This document shows positions 39,140-49,990 of a stretch of 64,000 bases of DNA, piece after piece. The notes below the pieces were generated by a model, which did not search any database, was not told where the DNA came from, and saw only the letters and a program-made list of their open reading frames with translations. The translations under genes were made by a program, and so were the position numbers. Where the stretch lies: contig NC_083401.1 of NCBI RefSeq assembly GCF_020745735.1, positions 52,511,740-52,575,739 on the forward strand, read 5' to 3'. Each line of letters opens with the position of its first letter. The first letter of the stretch is position 1. Source of the stretch: Hemiscyllium ocellatum (Eukaryota).

Positions 39140-40155
39140 GGGACTCTTATTCACAGCTGAGGTGTACGGATTCATTAACAGTAATCCAAAGCACTGTTAG
39201 GTACCTTCGAGAATACTGGATCCCCAGCTCCTTCAATTTTTTCTTGATACCATCATAGGATTTCCTTTTTCAGATCACTGCTGTGGAGAAGTCCTGAAAA
39301 TATATGATCCTGAGCCCTTGTAAATTAAAGCCTTTGGATCTTACCTCTGGGTTCTGGAAGCTTCCATGATTCTCTGCTTATCTCTGTAATTATGGAACCA
39401 CACCAGGATAGGACAAAGATATTGGTGAGGCGAAAGTGAGGATTGCAGATGCTGGAGATCAGAGTCCAAATTAGAGTGGTGCTGGAAAAGCACAGCAGGT
39501 CAGGCAGCATCCGAGGAGCAGGAACTCGATGTTTTGGGCAAAAACCCTTCATTGGTGCAGACCTGGCCTCCATGCCGTGATCTGGTGAGCTCTTTCAATC
39601 TTCAGACTTCCCATTCCAGCAGCCAATCCACAAAAAATTCCACTGGTTGCTCACCTTCTTTCCCTTCCGCAGACCAATAATACGAATATATTTCCTCCTG
39701 CCCCTATTCTCAAGATCATCAATCTAGTCAAGCAAATTGTGGACTTGCGTCTCTAGGACCTGGATCTGGGCCTTAGAAGAGTTAGTCTCAGCTTGTGATC
39801 CGGCCTTTTCCCGAGGTCTCCCAGCTGCTGTTCATGCTACTGCAGCATAGCAGAGATCAGGGCCAGCTTGTCCTCACTCTGCTTCCCCAGCATCTCGCAA
39901 GACTTTGTGAGCTCCAAGACTAAGGCCTGGTAAGTAATCGAGTCAGCAGGGTCTGTGGGTTGAGCCACAGCCACGGCCTCGGGCAAGCTAGCTTCTTTCT
40001 TTGACATCTGTGGGTGGCAAAAATGGAGGTAAGTAAAGTTCTAGGACTCTGTGACTCTTCCAGAGTCATAATTTACTGAATGAACTGAATGGGGTGGGTT
40101 GAGCATCTGCCGTCGCTGCGGAGCTCAGCACAGCGATCCTTGTAGATTGCCGCAA
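39140..40155 (-). mobile_element. LINE-1 5'UTR + ORF1 remnant, interrupted by a PLE mini-element
   Basis: ATG at 40007; IDDLENRGRRKYIRIIGL and QDFSTAVI*KRKSYDGIKKKLKELGIQYS are L1 ORF1p RRM/CTD motifs. Confidence 0.8.
39425..39553 (-). mobile_element. PLE solo terminal repeat (family A)
   Basis: Matches 24160-24290; decayed hammerhead at 39528-39553. Confidence 0.8.
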
Positions 40156-41367
40156 TCTTGGATCTCCTGGGGTTTATTTTTAAGGTGAGACGAAAGACAT
40201 TTAAAAAGGACCCAGTGGGCAACTTTTACAGACAGAAGGTAGTTCATTGGTGGAATGAAATGCCAGAGAAAGTGGCTGATGCAGATACAGTTGCAATATT
40301 TAAAAGACATTTGGAGAGGTGTCATTTTCATGCAGGCAGATTGTATTGAATCTAGGTAGCTTTGTACTTGAGTTCCCTGCTTTGGTGCCAGAGATTTGAT
40401 CCTACATATAAGTGCTACAACCAAATAATGCCAAACAAGCAATTATTAATGCCTGGGACTCACTGCATAAGTCAAGTCATGATGCTTATTGGTCTCAATC
40501 AGGTCGTATTGTTAACCTTACAAACATTTCATGCCTGTGCTGATTTGTAACTATTTCTGAACATGAATGACACTTTCATTAATTCCCTTACTGGGGAAGA
40601 GAGCAGTTATTGTTTCATACAGAAAGGGTTGAGAGAAATACCAAAGATGTGCTTAATAAAATAAAATGCATTGGTTACAAGCAAAATCCAGTTATGAATG
40701 TTGCATTGACTTGTGCTTCTGGCATGAACTTGAAGGTTCAATTAGTGCTCACAACTCTTGAAGTGCTGTTTCAGTGAACAGGTCAGCCCTTGTGAGAGTA
40801 AAAATGCTTGAGAGCTGTTACATGTGTGAGCTTTCAACTGCAAGCTAATTTGTAAGTGTTGGTAAACAGACATTTATAAATGACACTGTATGTTTTCATT
40901 GGCAGAAAGATTAACCATCCTGTACATTTATAATCCTTATTGAACAAATACACTTAAGGAGATCTTTTAAAGTGCAATGCTTAAGATGTTTTAACACTCC
41001 ATTACCTGCTGTAAAGTAGCTTGCATAAATAAAATTCCATCTGATGGTCCAGTTGCTAAGTGCACTGTCTAATTTGAAACTGAGCCTTTGGTGGGCTGAC
41101 AGAATGGGATTTCTACCTGTCCCTTTGACTATTCTTGATTCATCATCCTTAATAAGGGATGATTCAGCTTACACAACAAGCTGTCTGTGGGATTTCTCAG
41201 AAGCAACAATGCCATTAACATATGCCTTTAATATGCTTTTTCCTCTAACTGTAGGCACTTGTATCATTTACACATAATTGTGATACTTGCAAGGTTTGTG
41301 AAGGTTTGTAGCTCAGGTTGAGGTTTATGGTGTAGGTTTGCTCGCTGAGCTGTAAGTTTGATATCCA

Positions 41368-41401
41368 GACGTTTCATTACCTGGCTAGGTAACATCATCA
41401 G
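41368..41401 (-). ncRNA. Hammerhead ribozyme motif (family B)
   Basis: Minus strand ccg-CTGATGA-T-GTTACC(tagcca)GGTAAT-GAAAC-GTC-tgg. Confidence 0.75.
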
Positions 41402-41572
41402 CGGCAACCTCCAAGTGAAGTGAAGCTGTTGTCTCCTGCTTTCTATTTATAACTTTCCCCTGGATGGGGTTACTGGGGTTTGTATCACCACAACCCCCAG
41501 GAACCCCATCCAGGAGAAAGATATAAATAGAAAGCAGGAGAACAACAGCTTCGCTTCACTTGGAGGTCGCCA

Positions 41573-41606
41573 CTGATGATGTTACCTAGCCAGGTAATGA
41601 AACGTC
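41573..41606 (+). ncRNA. Hammerhead ribozyme motif (family B)
   Basis: cca-CTGATGA-T-GTTACC(tagcca)GGTAAT-GAAAC-GTC-tgg; stem I CCA/TGG. Confidence 0.78.
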
Positions 41607-41664
41607 TGGATATCAAACTTATAACTCAGCGAGCAAACCTACACCTTAAATTGCGATACTGCTG

Positions 41665-41850
41665 TTACTTTTCAACAGATCAAGTCATCTTTTGTTTATT
41701 ACTGTTGGTAAAATGTTGCTACGTGCAAATTAGCTGCTTTATTTTCCTACATAGTAAAACTGTCCACACTTCAGAGGTTTTCTTGTATCTGTCATGTGCC
41801 TTGGAATAGCCGGAAAGCAATAAAAGGCACTATATAAAGGCATGCTCTCT
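41665..41850 (+). mobile_element. SacSINE1-like 3' half
   Basis: GTGCAAATTAGCTGC..TTTCCTACAT..CACTTCA..AAAGGCACTATATAAA. Confidence 0.55.
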
Positions 41851-42177
41851 TTCACATGTTTCATCTGTAAAAATGTTTGACTGGTAGCTTTTTTTTCATT
41901 TGCAATGTATATATTTGAGTTCCATTTTTCCCAGTTGATTTCTGAAATGTATTTTTCAGTCTGCCTTGTTTAAATTATGCAGTTCATTTGAGGCCAACAC
42001 GGGGGGTAAGCCAGTGGGAGTACATGGGCTGCCAACAGGGACACGTTTAGCTCAAATATTTTACATTGCAGTTTAACATAACAAATGAAGGGTTTTTTTT
42101 ATCTTTGACAAGGAATAGTTAAGTCTGTAACTATCGTAAATCCATACTATGTAATCACTGGTGTTCAATGGTCCTTT

Positions 42178-42472
42178 TGATTAGATTACCTACAGTGTGG
42201 AAACAAGCCCTTCGGCCCAACCAGTCCACACCGACCCTCCAAAGAGTAACCCACCCAGACCCATTTCCCTCTGAGTGAGGCACCTAACACTATGGGCAAT
42301 TTAGCACAGCCAATTCACCTGACCTGCACATTTTTGGATTGTGGGAGGAAACCCACGCAGACACAGAGAGAATGTGCAAACTCCACACAGACAGCCATCT
42401 GAGGCTAGAATTGAACCTGGGACCCTGGTGCTGTGAGGCAACAGTGCAAACTACTGAGCCACCGTGCCACCC
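42178..42472 (-). mobile_element. HE1 SINE
   Basis: Head, V-domain, TCTAA tail. Confidence 0.9.
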
Positions 42473-43154
42473 ATTTGTTTCTAATAAATAATTCTTTAAC
42501 CCATTACTTTTCAAAGGCAAAGTAGACAAGGGGAAATCCAGTATTTATTACTCTACTTTGGTATATTATACATATCAACAGTGTACGCCAAGTCATAAGA
42601 CAGCAATGGTATTCAAGAAAGGAAAGCTCTCGTATCCATCAGCTGGGCCCTACAAGTCAGCTCCCTTGCTATATAATTGAAGAATAATGCCTTTAAAATG
42701 GCCTAGTCAACCACTCTTTTTCAAAAAGTAATCATTTATTGAGAATATCATCACAACCATTACTATTTTTAATGCAAGTAAGGATGACCCATATAGATGG
42801 CATTGTCCATAACTGAATAACAAAATTTTATATAATTGGACTGAAATATAATATGGAACCCAATGAACAAGCCAAACCTGCAATAGTACAATCAAATGTC
42901 AGTCTTATGTTGCTGTTGTTTTTTCTTCACTGTCAAAAACAACACTTGAGATAACTTTTACTTTCTTCACATCAGATGCTTAGAAACACTATGTAAACTT
43001 ATTTTTGTTAGCATGTTATGGTTTTCATTTTTTTCCCACTTCAGATTTCTTTGTTCAAAGTAATAGGGTCAGGTTCTGCTAGAGTGTCAATTGCAATCAG
43101 ATAATCTGCTTCCATTTACCATTTGGTCTGTTCATCTAATTCATAGGTCATGTC

Positions 43155-43750
43155 ACAGGGTTAGAGATACACAGCACAGAAACAGACCCTTCAGTCCAAC
43201 TTGTCCATGCTGACCAAATATCCTAATCTAGTCCCATTTGACAGCATTTGGCCGATATCCCTCTAAACCCTTCCTATTCATATACCAATCCATATACTCC
43301 TTAAATGTTGTAATTGTACCGATCTCCACCACTTCCTCTGGCAGTTCATTCCATACAATCACAACTAAAACTGCTCCTCAGGTCCCTTATAAGCTTTTCC
43401 CCTCTCACTTACTTGTGACTATCAATTATACAACTATCTAAGCAAAGTTCTAGGGTACACCTGATCAGGTCTTGGGCATTTATCCAGCTTTATGTGTTTT
43501 AAGCCATCCAACACATCCTCCTCTGTAATATGGACATTTTTCAAGATGTTGCTATTTATTTCCCCACATTCTTTATCTTCCATGTCCTTCTACACTAAAC
43601 AATGACTTAAAATACTCACTTAGTATCTCCCCCTTCTGCTGTGGCTCCACACATAGGTGGCCTTGCTGATCTTTAAGGGGCCCTAGTTACCCTTTTCTCC
43701 ATAATTTATTTCTAGAATCCCTTTTGATTCTCCTTAACACTATTTGCCAA
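43155..43750 (-). mobile_element. CR1 fragments (tail joined to mid-ORF2)
   Basis: Homologous to 31770-32485 and 33050-33680. Confidence 0.8.
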
Positions 43751-44134
43751 GTATTTTAGAATGTAATTTTTTATTTTAGAAATTAAACTTCAAAAAGATG
43801 AAAACTGGCTAATTGTGTTACACCACCTTGAAGTCAAATTCGCTTACATGATTTGGCTCATATTATTTTAAGAAGTTAATAGCTAAGAAGTGATTGTCAG
43901 AATGCCTAAAACAAATGGCAGTTCAGAAGGTTGCCCATATTAGTTTATTGGATCAGCACTGAAGTGTTGGAATTATAGAAACAGATGATGAGCTTGCTTG
44001 GTGAAAAGCTGTGATTTTTTTCAAAGCTTACGGTAATGATAACTTAATGATGTTCAGTAATTTCTAAAGGCCAGATTAAGGACAGCTCAGAGCAAGCTTC
44101 ATCATCATGATACAAAAATAGAAACTCAGTAAAA

Positions 44135-44295
44135 GTCTAGCCGAACCTGTGGAGAGAAAGCAGAGTTAACATTCCCGGTCTAGTCACTGTTCTTCAGTTC
44201 TGATGAAGGTCACTAAATCCAAAATGTTGACTCTGCTTTCTTTCCATAGATGCTGCCAGACCTGCTGAGTTTGACCAGCAATTTCTGTTTTTGTG
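44135..44295. mobile_element. Old PLE fold-back mini-element
   Basis: GAAAGCAGAGTTAACATT..CTTCAG / CTGATGAAGG..AATGTTGACTCTGCTTTC inverted arms. Confidence 0.65.
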
Positions 44296-44409
44296 TCAGG
44301 ATAATGAAGCATTTCCAGAATGCACATTCTTTGATTTCTTTCATCATCACGAAGATAGGTGGAGCTTAAGATGGTTTCTTCGTTTCAGTTTATTTGGTGA
44401 TTTAAACAA

Positions 44410-44805
44410 TTCATTTGTGGAATTGTGGGCATTGCTGGCTAGCCAGCATTTATTGTCTGTCCCTAGACAACCTTGAACAGACTTTGGTACAACTTAATTA
44501 GTTGCTGTACTATTTCAGAGGGCAACTGAAAATCAACTACATTGTATGGGTCTGGAGTCATATGTAGGCCAGACCAGGTAAGGATAGCAGTTTCCTTCCT
44601 GATGGACATTAGTGAACAAGATGGGTTTTTCCCAACAACTGACAATGGATTCATGGTAGCAATAGATTCTTAATTCCAGATATTTTCTTTTATTGAATTC
44701 AACTTCCACCCATCTGCCATGGCAGGATCCAAACCCAGGTCTCCAGAACATTAGCTGAGTTTCTGGATAACTGTACAGCGATAATACAAGAGGACATTGC
44801 CTCCC
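44410..44805 (-). mobile_element. SINE family B, near full length
   Basis: Same head, core and tail as 18940-19283. Confidence 0.78.
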
Positions 44806-44949
44806 AGAAAAGCACTATACCTCTAAGACAGCTAGATAACATCATGCCATGTGATGTTCTGGTACAAAGGGTCTGCATCTCACTCTGTGCACTCAGTCAG
44901 TGAACAGTCACTCAGCCAGTCAGTGAATAGGTCAGATGCAAATCATTTA

Positions 44950-45495
44950 CTAATCTATAAGTCATTGGTCAGACCACACTTGAAGTATTGTGTTTGGTTC
45001 TGGGCACTTTATCTAAGGAAGGATGTGAAAACCTGGAGAAAGTTCAAAACATATTGACTGGAATGATGCCAGGAATGAAGGATTTTGGGTACAAGAGAAG
45101 ATGAGAGAAATTAGGCCTATTCTCATTGGAGCAGAGAAGATTAAGAGATGACCTTATTGAGGTGTTCAAAATTAAGAACAATTGTGACAGAGTAAAGAAG
45201 GATATTATGTTTCCACCAGTTGTCAGCAAGAGAGTTAGGAGTGAGATAAGGAGAAATGTTTTTACTCAGAGAGTTGATAGAATTTGAAATGCACTGTCTG
45301 GCAGAGTGGTAGAAGCAGATTCCATAGGAGGCTTCAAAGAGTGTTGGAAATATGTTTAAAAGTGAGAGCCAGAGAGCTATGGTCAGAGAGCCATAGAGAG
45401 AGGGCTGGAGAGTGGGATGAGCTGGGTAGCTCTTTTTGGTGATGCTACAAACACAAAGGGTTGAATGGTCTACTTCTGTACTGTATGATTGATGA
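44950..45495 (+). mobile_element. CR1 3' fragment
   Basis: YKSLVRPHLKYCVWFWA motif. Confidence 0.8.
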
Positions 45496-45769
45496 TTCTA
45501 TAATGCAATTTGGGTGTGCAAGTCTGTGAGATCAATGTAGCGTAAATTGTTAACTATAATAAACTTCCAGATATCTAACTCAATAAGATCCCAATTCTCT
45601 GTGGTATATATTACATGCACCAACACAGGGAAAACCACAATCACATTATGTGCATTTGCTGGAAGAAGCTCATCACATGTTCGACCTGAGTAAGTGCATA
45701 AGTAAAGGAATGAGATTTGTTTTGACCACATGTGCTATTTGAAGTGCTCTGTGAGATATATGTCCACAT

Positions 45770-46950
45770 AGAGCAGTGAAAATGATCTATATGGACTTCA
45801 GTCAGGCATTCAACAAGGTTCCTCATGGTAGACTGGTTAGCAAGGTTAGAGCTCATGAAATACAGGGAGAACTAGCCATTTTGATACAGACTGACTTGAA
45901 GGTGGAAGACAGAGGGTGGTGGCGGAAGATTGCATTTCAGACTGGAGGCCTGTAACCAGTGGTGTACCACAAGGATCGGTGCTGGGTTCACTGCATTTCA
46001 TCATTTATATAAATGATTTGGATGTGAACATAGGAGGTATAGTTAGTATGTTTGCAGATGACATCAAAATTGGAAGTGTAGTGGACAGCAAAGAAGATTA
46101 CTTCAAATTACAACAGGATTTTGATCAGATAGGCCAATGGGCTGAGGAGTCGCAGATGGAGTTTAATTTGCATAAATGTGAGATGCTGCATTTTGGAAAG
46201 GCAAATCAGAGCAGGACTTATACACTTAATGATAAGGTCCTGGGGAGCATTGCTAAACAAAGAAATCTTGGAATGCAGGTTTATAGTTCCTTAAAAGTGT
46301 AGTTGCACATAGATAGGATAGTGAAAGCGGCATTTGGTATGCTTTCCCTTATTTGTCAGAATATTGAGTACAGGAGCTGGGAGGTCATGTTGCTGCTGCA
46401 CAGGACATTGGTTTGGCCACTTTTGGAATATTGCGATTCTGTTCTCCCTCCTATCGGAAGGACATTGTGAAACTTGAATGGGTTCAGAAAAGATTTACAA
46501 CAATGTTATGAGGGTTGGAGCACTTAAGCTACAGGGAGAGGCTGAATAGGCTAGGGCTGTTTTCCCTGGAGCGTCGGAGGCTGAGGGGTAACCTTATAAA
46601 GGTTTATAAAATCATGAGGGGCATGAATAGGATAAATAGACAAGGTCTTTTCCCTGGAGTGGGAGAGGCCAGAACTAGAGGACATAGGTTTAGGGTGAGA
46701 GGGGAAAAGTTTAAAAGGGACCTAAGGGACAACATTTTCATGCAAAGGATGGTACGTGTATGGAATGAGCTGCCAGAGGAAGTGGTGGAAGCTGGTAAAA
46801 TTACAATGGATGGGTATATGAATAGGAAGGGTTTGGAGGGATATGGGCCAAGTGCTGGCAAATGGGACTAGATTAGGTTAGGTTATTTTGTTGACATGGA
46901 CGAGTTGGACAAAAGGGCCTTTTTCCGTGCTGCACATCTCTTTGACTCTA
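45770..46950 (+). mobile_element. CR1/HER1 RT and 3' end
   Basis: VTSGVPQGSVLG..YINDLD..FADD and RRLRGNLIKVYKIM motifs. Confidence 0.92.
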
Positions 46951-47169
46951 TGTCTCTATTTTGTCTATTAACTCATATTTACCTGATGTTAATTCCAGAT
47001 TTTAGAGTAAGTTATCCATCTATTGTCAATTCTTACTTTTCTAAGCTTGTCCAGTTAACTTTGGTTTGTTTCTTTAAAAAAATTGAATCTTGTGTATTTT
47101 TATTTGTAAACACTAAATTTCATCTACTAACTTGGTTGTAACTTACCTTAAAAGACCTGTGGTGACAGA

Positions 47170-47890
47170 GTAATGCAGGAAGTTTGCTGACGCCGATTTT
47201 GATGTCAAAAGCAATTTGCTGTATCTTTTAACTAAGTTCCAGGCATCAAGGTGAAATTCTCGCTAGGGAGAAAAATTGCCTACAAGGGGGATTATTGACT
47301 ATTAAAACCCTTATTTACAGCATGTCTCACCACGTTTCCCACGTTACAACTCGCTGTGAGTAAACCAGGTGCACAGAATACTTGACATGGAAGTTAGAGC
47401 AGGCATCTGCTGACTTGCTCCAACAGGGCCTCCATATGGCTATTGGGTATAACATTTCAGGACATGCTCTGTGGGCAATGGGTACACATATCCCATATTA
47501 GCAGACATTGGCAACCAGCATGTGCCTACTTCCAAGATACCTTATGGCACATTTCCAGTCTATTTTCAGAATGCATGTGTGCTTCAATACTGTACCTCCT
47601 GGTGCAGTGGCAACCATCATTAAAATGCTGAAGCAAGGACACTTTGTATATCGGGACAGGCACATAGCTGGACCAGGCTGTATTTCTGGGCTGTTTGCTT
47701 GCATTCAAAGCACTCATTCACTTTGACCCTACCTGAATGCTCAAAGTATCTTGCGTTGTCTTTCCTTTCCTTTTGTGCTTTGCCCCTCAGCCAGAGATAT
47801 CAGGTTAATAGTACTGCTTTAATGCCATGTCATCTAGCAGACACAAAGCCAGGAAATGTGTCATGGTTTTCAGCATTCCTCAGTCAAGTT
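47170..47890. repeat. Unclassified dispersed repeat (copy of 27590-28300)
   Basis: See the 27590 entry. Confidence 0.5.
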
Positions 47891-48851
47891 AAGTGAGACA
47901 GCTTTTGGTCAGCGGGCTGGGTACCTATCTTGATCAAGGACAGCCTCTGATACTAGTCCAGGTGCTTGGACACAGTCAACCAACCGTTCAAACAGTCAAA
48001 GTCTGGATCCCCTCCACATAACGGGTGAGGAGCCGAATGTCAGGCAGTCCACTTGACTCTTTCATGTTTGATTGCTGCTGTTTTCATCCTGGAATGAAAC
48101 AGAGGCAGGTATGAAGGGACATGAAAGCTAGTGGCACATCTATTACTTTGGTGCAAGGTGGGGAGATCTCCCAAGCGAGCGAGTATGTACTGCAGCTGAC
48201 CTGCCTGGTTAATGGTGAAAGGCAAAAAGACATTGGCATGCCAGTATACATTCTCACATCAGATTTGCAATGGGTTACGAAGAGCACAATGATATTTCTC
48301 TCTTCATCTCATATACATGAATGCATTACAAAAATACAAATTCATTCATTCTGAGTGAGTTATCTGTGAAATCTCAAACCAGCCAGAGAAAGCGCAAAGC
48401 TTCAAGTCTAAATGACGAGATCACCAGCTTTCAGTCAGACTGATCTGTAATGTGACAAATGCAGTTACCATGTTTTCATAGAATTAAAATATCTAGTTAA
48501 GCGATACAAAACAAGGTTTCAAACTACAATAACATGTTACACAATAACAAAGGTATTTCAGTTATTTGGAGAAGTGAATTAGGAAATAGCGCTCTTCATG
48601 TGAAAAGTTCATCATCTCTGTTCTAAACTATGGACTGTAAGAAGCTGGAACTTTGCCTGTTAGAGCTGTATTTCTCACAATCACTCTTTGTTGCAAATAG
48701 CAGGAAGATTATTCATGGGTTTCTCCAATAAGTGGGACTCCTGTACTATGTCCATACAATGGACACAATTATGTCAGACACAAGAAATTTTATTTCAAAT
48801 TATAAAATGTCCCAGTAAGATTTTTTTTATGTATAGATAATTTATTTCCTT

Positions 48852-49035
48852 GGACGTAGGTTTGCTCGCTGAGCTGGAAGGTTCATTTTCAGATGTTTCG
48901 TCGCTATACTAGGTAACATTATCAGTGAGCCTCTGGATGAAGCACTGTTGCAAGACCCACTTTCTATTTATGCGTTTAGGTTTTGAGCAAACCTATCTCC
49001 AGAACCTCAACCTGAGCTACAAATCTTCTCAAAAT
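48852..49035. mobile_element. PLE family B fold-back mini-element
   Basis: Homologous to 385-545; the right end GCAAACCTA..CTGAGCTACAAATCTTCTCAAAA is inverted; mutated hammerhead at 48892-48925. Confidence 0.8.
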
Positions 49036-49544
49036 TGATTTCCTTTATGAGTTACCTTCAATTACACAGTAAACTAATTTCTTAGTTAGTTCAGGTCATT
49101 CTGAAATTCTGATATTTCATCTCTCCCTATCAATGATGTATTCACCTGGAAGAAATACAGATTAAATTGTCCTCATGTCAGCGTGATGCAATAGGCTGTT
49201 TTGCTACAGAAATCCAAAGGCATATCAAGGTTTACATTTTAGGAATATAAAGAGATATTGGTGGAATTGCTCAACAGGTCTGACAGCATGTGCAGAGAGA
49301 GAAACCAGGCGAGACTTCGATGAAACAGAGGAGGTCTCATTGTCACATTATATCTGGGGTTGCTAGCCACTTTGGTGGGAGATTGAACTTCCCCATCCCC
49401 CTTGACATTTTCAGGAGGAGATGATGAAGGAGTCAACAGAGAGGCTAGGCCTAAGGACAGTGAGCAGCCCAATCCACAGATTTGCCCTTAAAAGGGTAAG
49501 TATTAAATCAATTTTTATATGGTACCAAACAGACAGGGCCTATA

Positions 49545-49680
49545 TAAAAACCAAAAGAACTGTAGATGCTGTAAATCAGAGACAAGAACAGAGGTTGCTG
49601 GAAAAGTTCAGCAGGTCTAGCAGCATCTGTGAAGAGAAATCAGAGTTAATGCTTCAGGTCCAATGACCCTTCCTCAGAAC
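49545..49680 (-). mobile_element. PLE solo terminal repeat
   Basis: Minus strand CTGAGGA-AGGGTC..GACCT-GAAG; same body as 10045-10170. Confidence 0.7.
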
Positions 49681-49684
49681 TATT

Positions 49685-49990
49685 CTCTGGACCAAGCTCT
49701 TGCAGGGACCTTTCACCACCTACTGCCATTTCCTTCTGACTGAGAGCTTTGTGGCCCTCCTGCTCTCCAGGGAACCATGTCATCCTGTTTGCCTCTATGA
49801 CTAATGCCTCCAGAGCTTCATACATGAATCTAGTGGGGGCCTCTCCATTCCCCAATACATAATTTTCTTCTTCAGTTATGCAGAAGTAGCATTCAGCAGC
49901 AATCCAATCACATAGCACCTGGCAGAGGGACAGATTGCCTTTAAAAGGAGCATGCTGGCTTCACCATATGCTTTTTGATCCCCTAAACAC
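49685..49990 (-). mobile_element. Harbinger Myb/SANT-like partner ORF remnant
   Basis: GEAPTRFMYEALEALVIEANR resembles the N-terminus of Harbinger Myb-like/MSANTD proteins (R.PRFS..ELE.L). Confidence 0.45.

Larger units (their letters stand above)
41294..41650. mobile_element. PLE family B fold-back mini-element
   Basis: Inverted arms of ~160 bp (~41324-41485 and ~41487-41650); homologous to 385-520. Confidence 0.85.
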
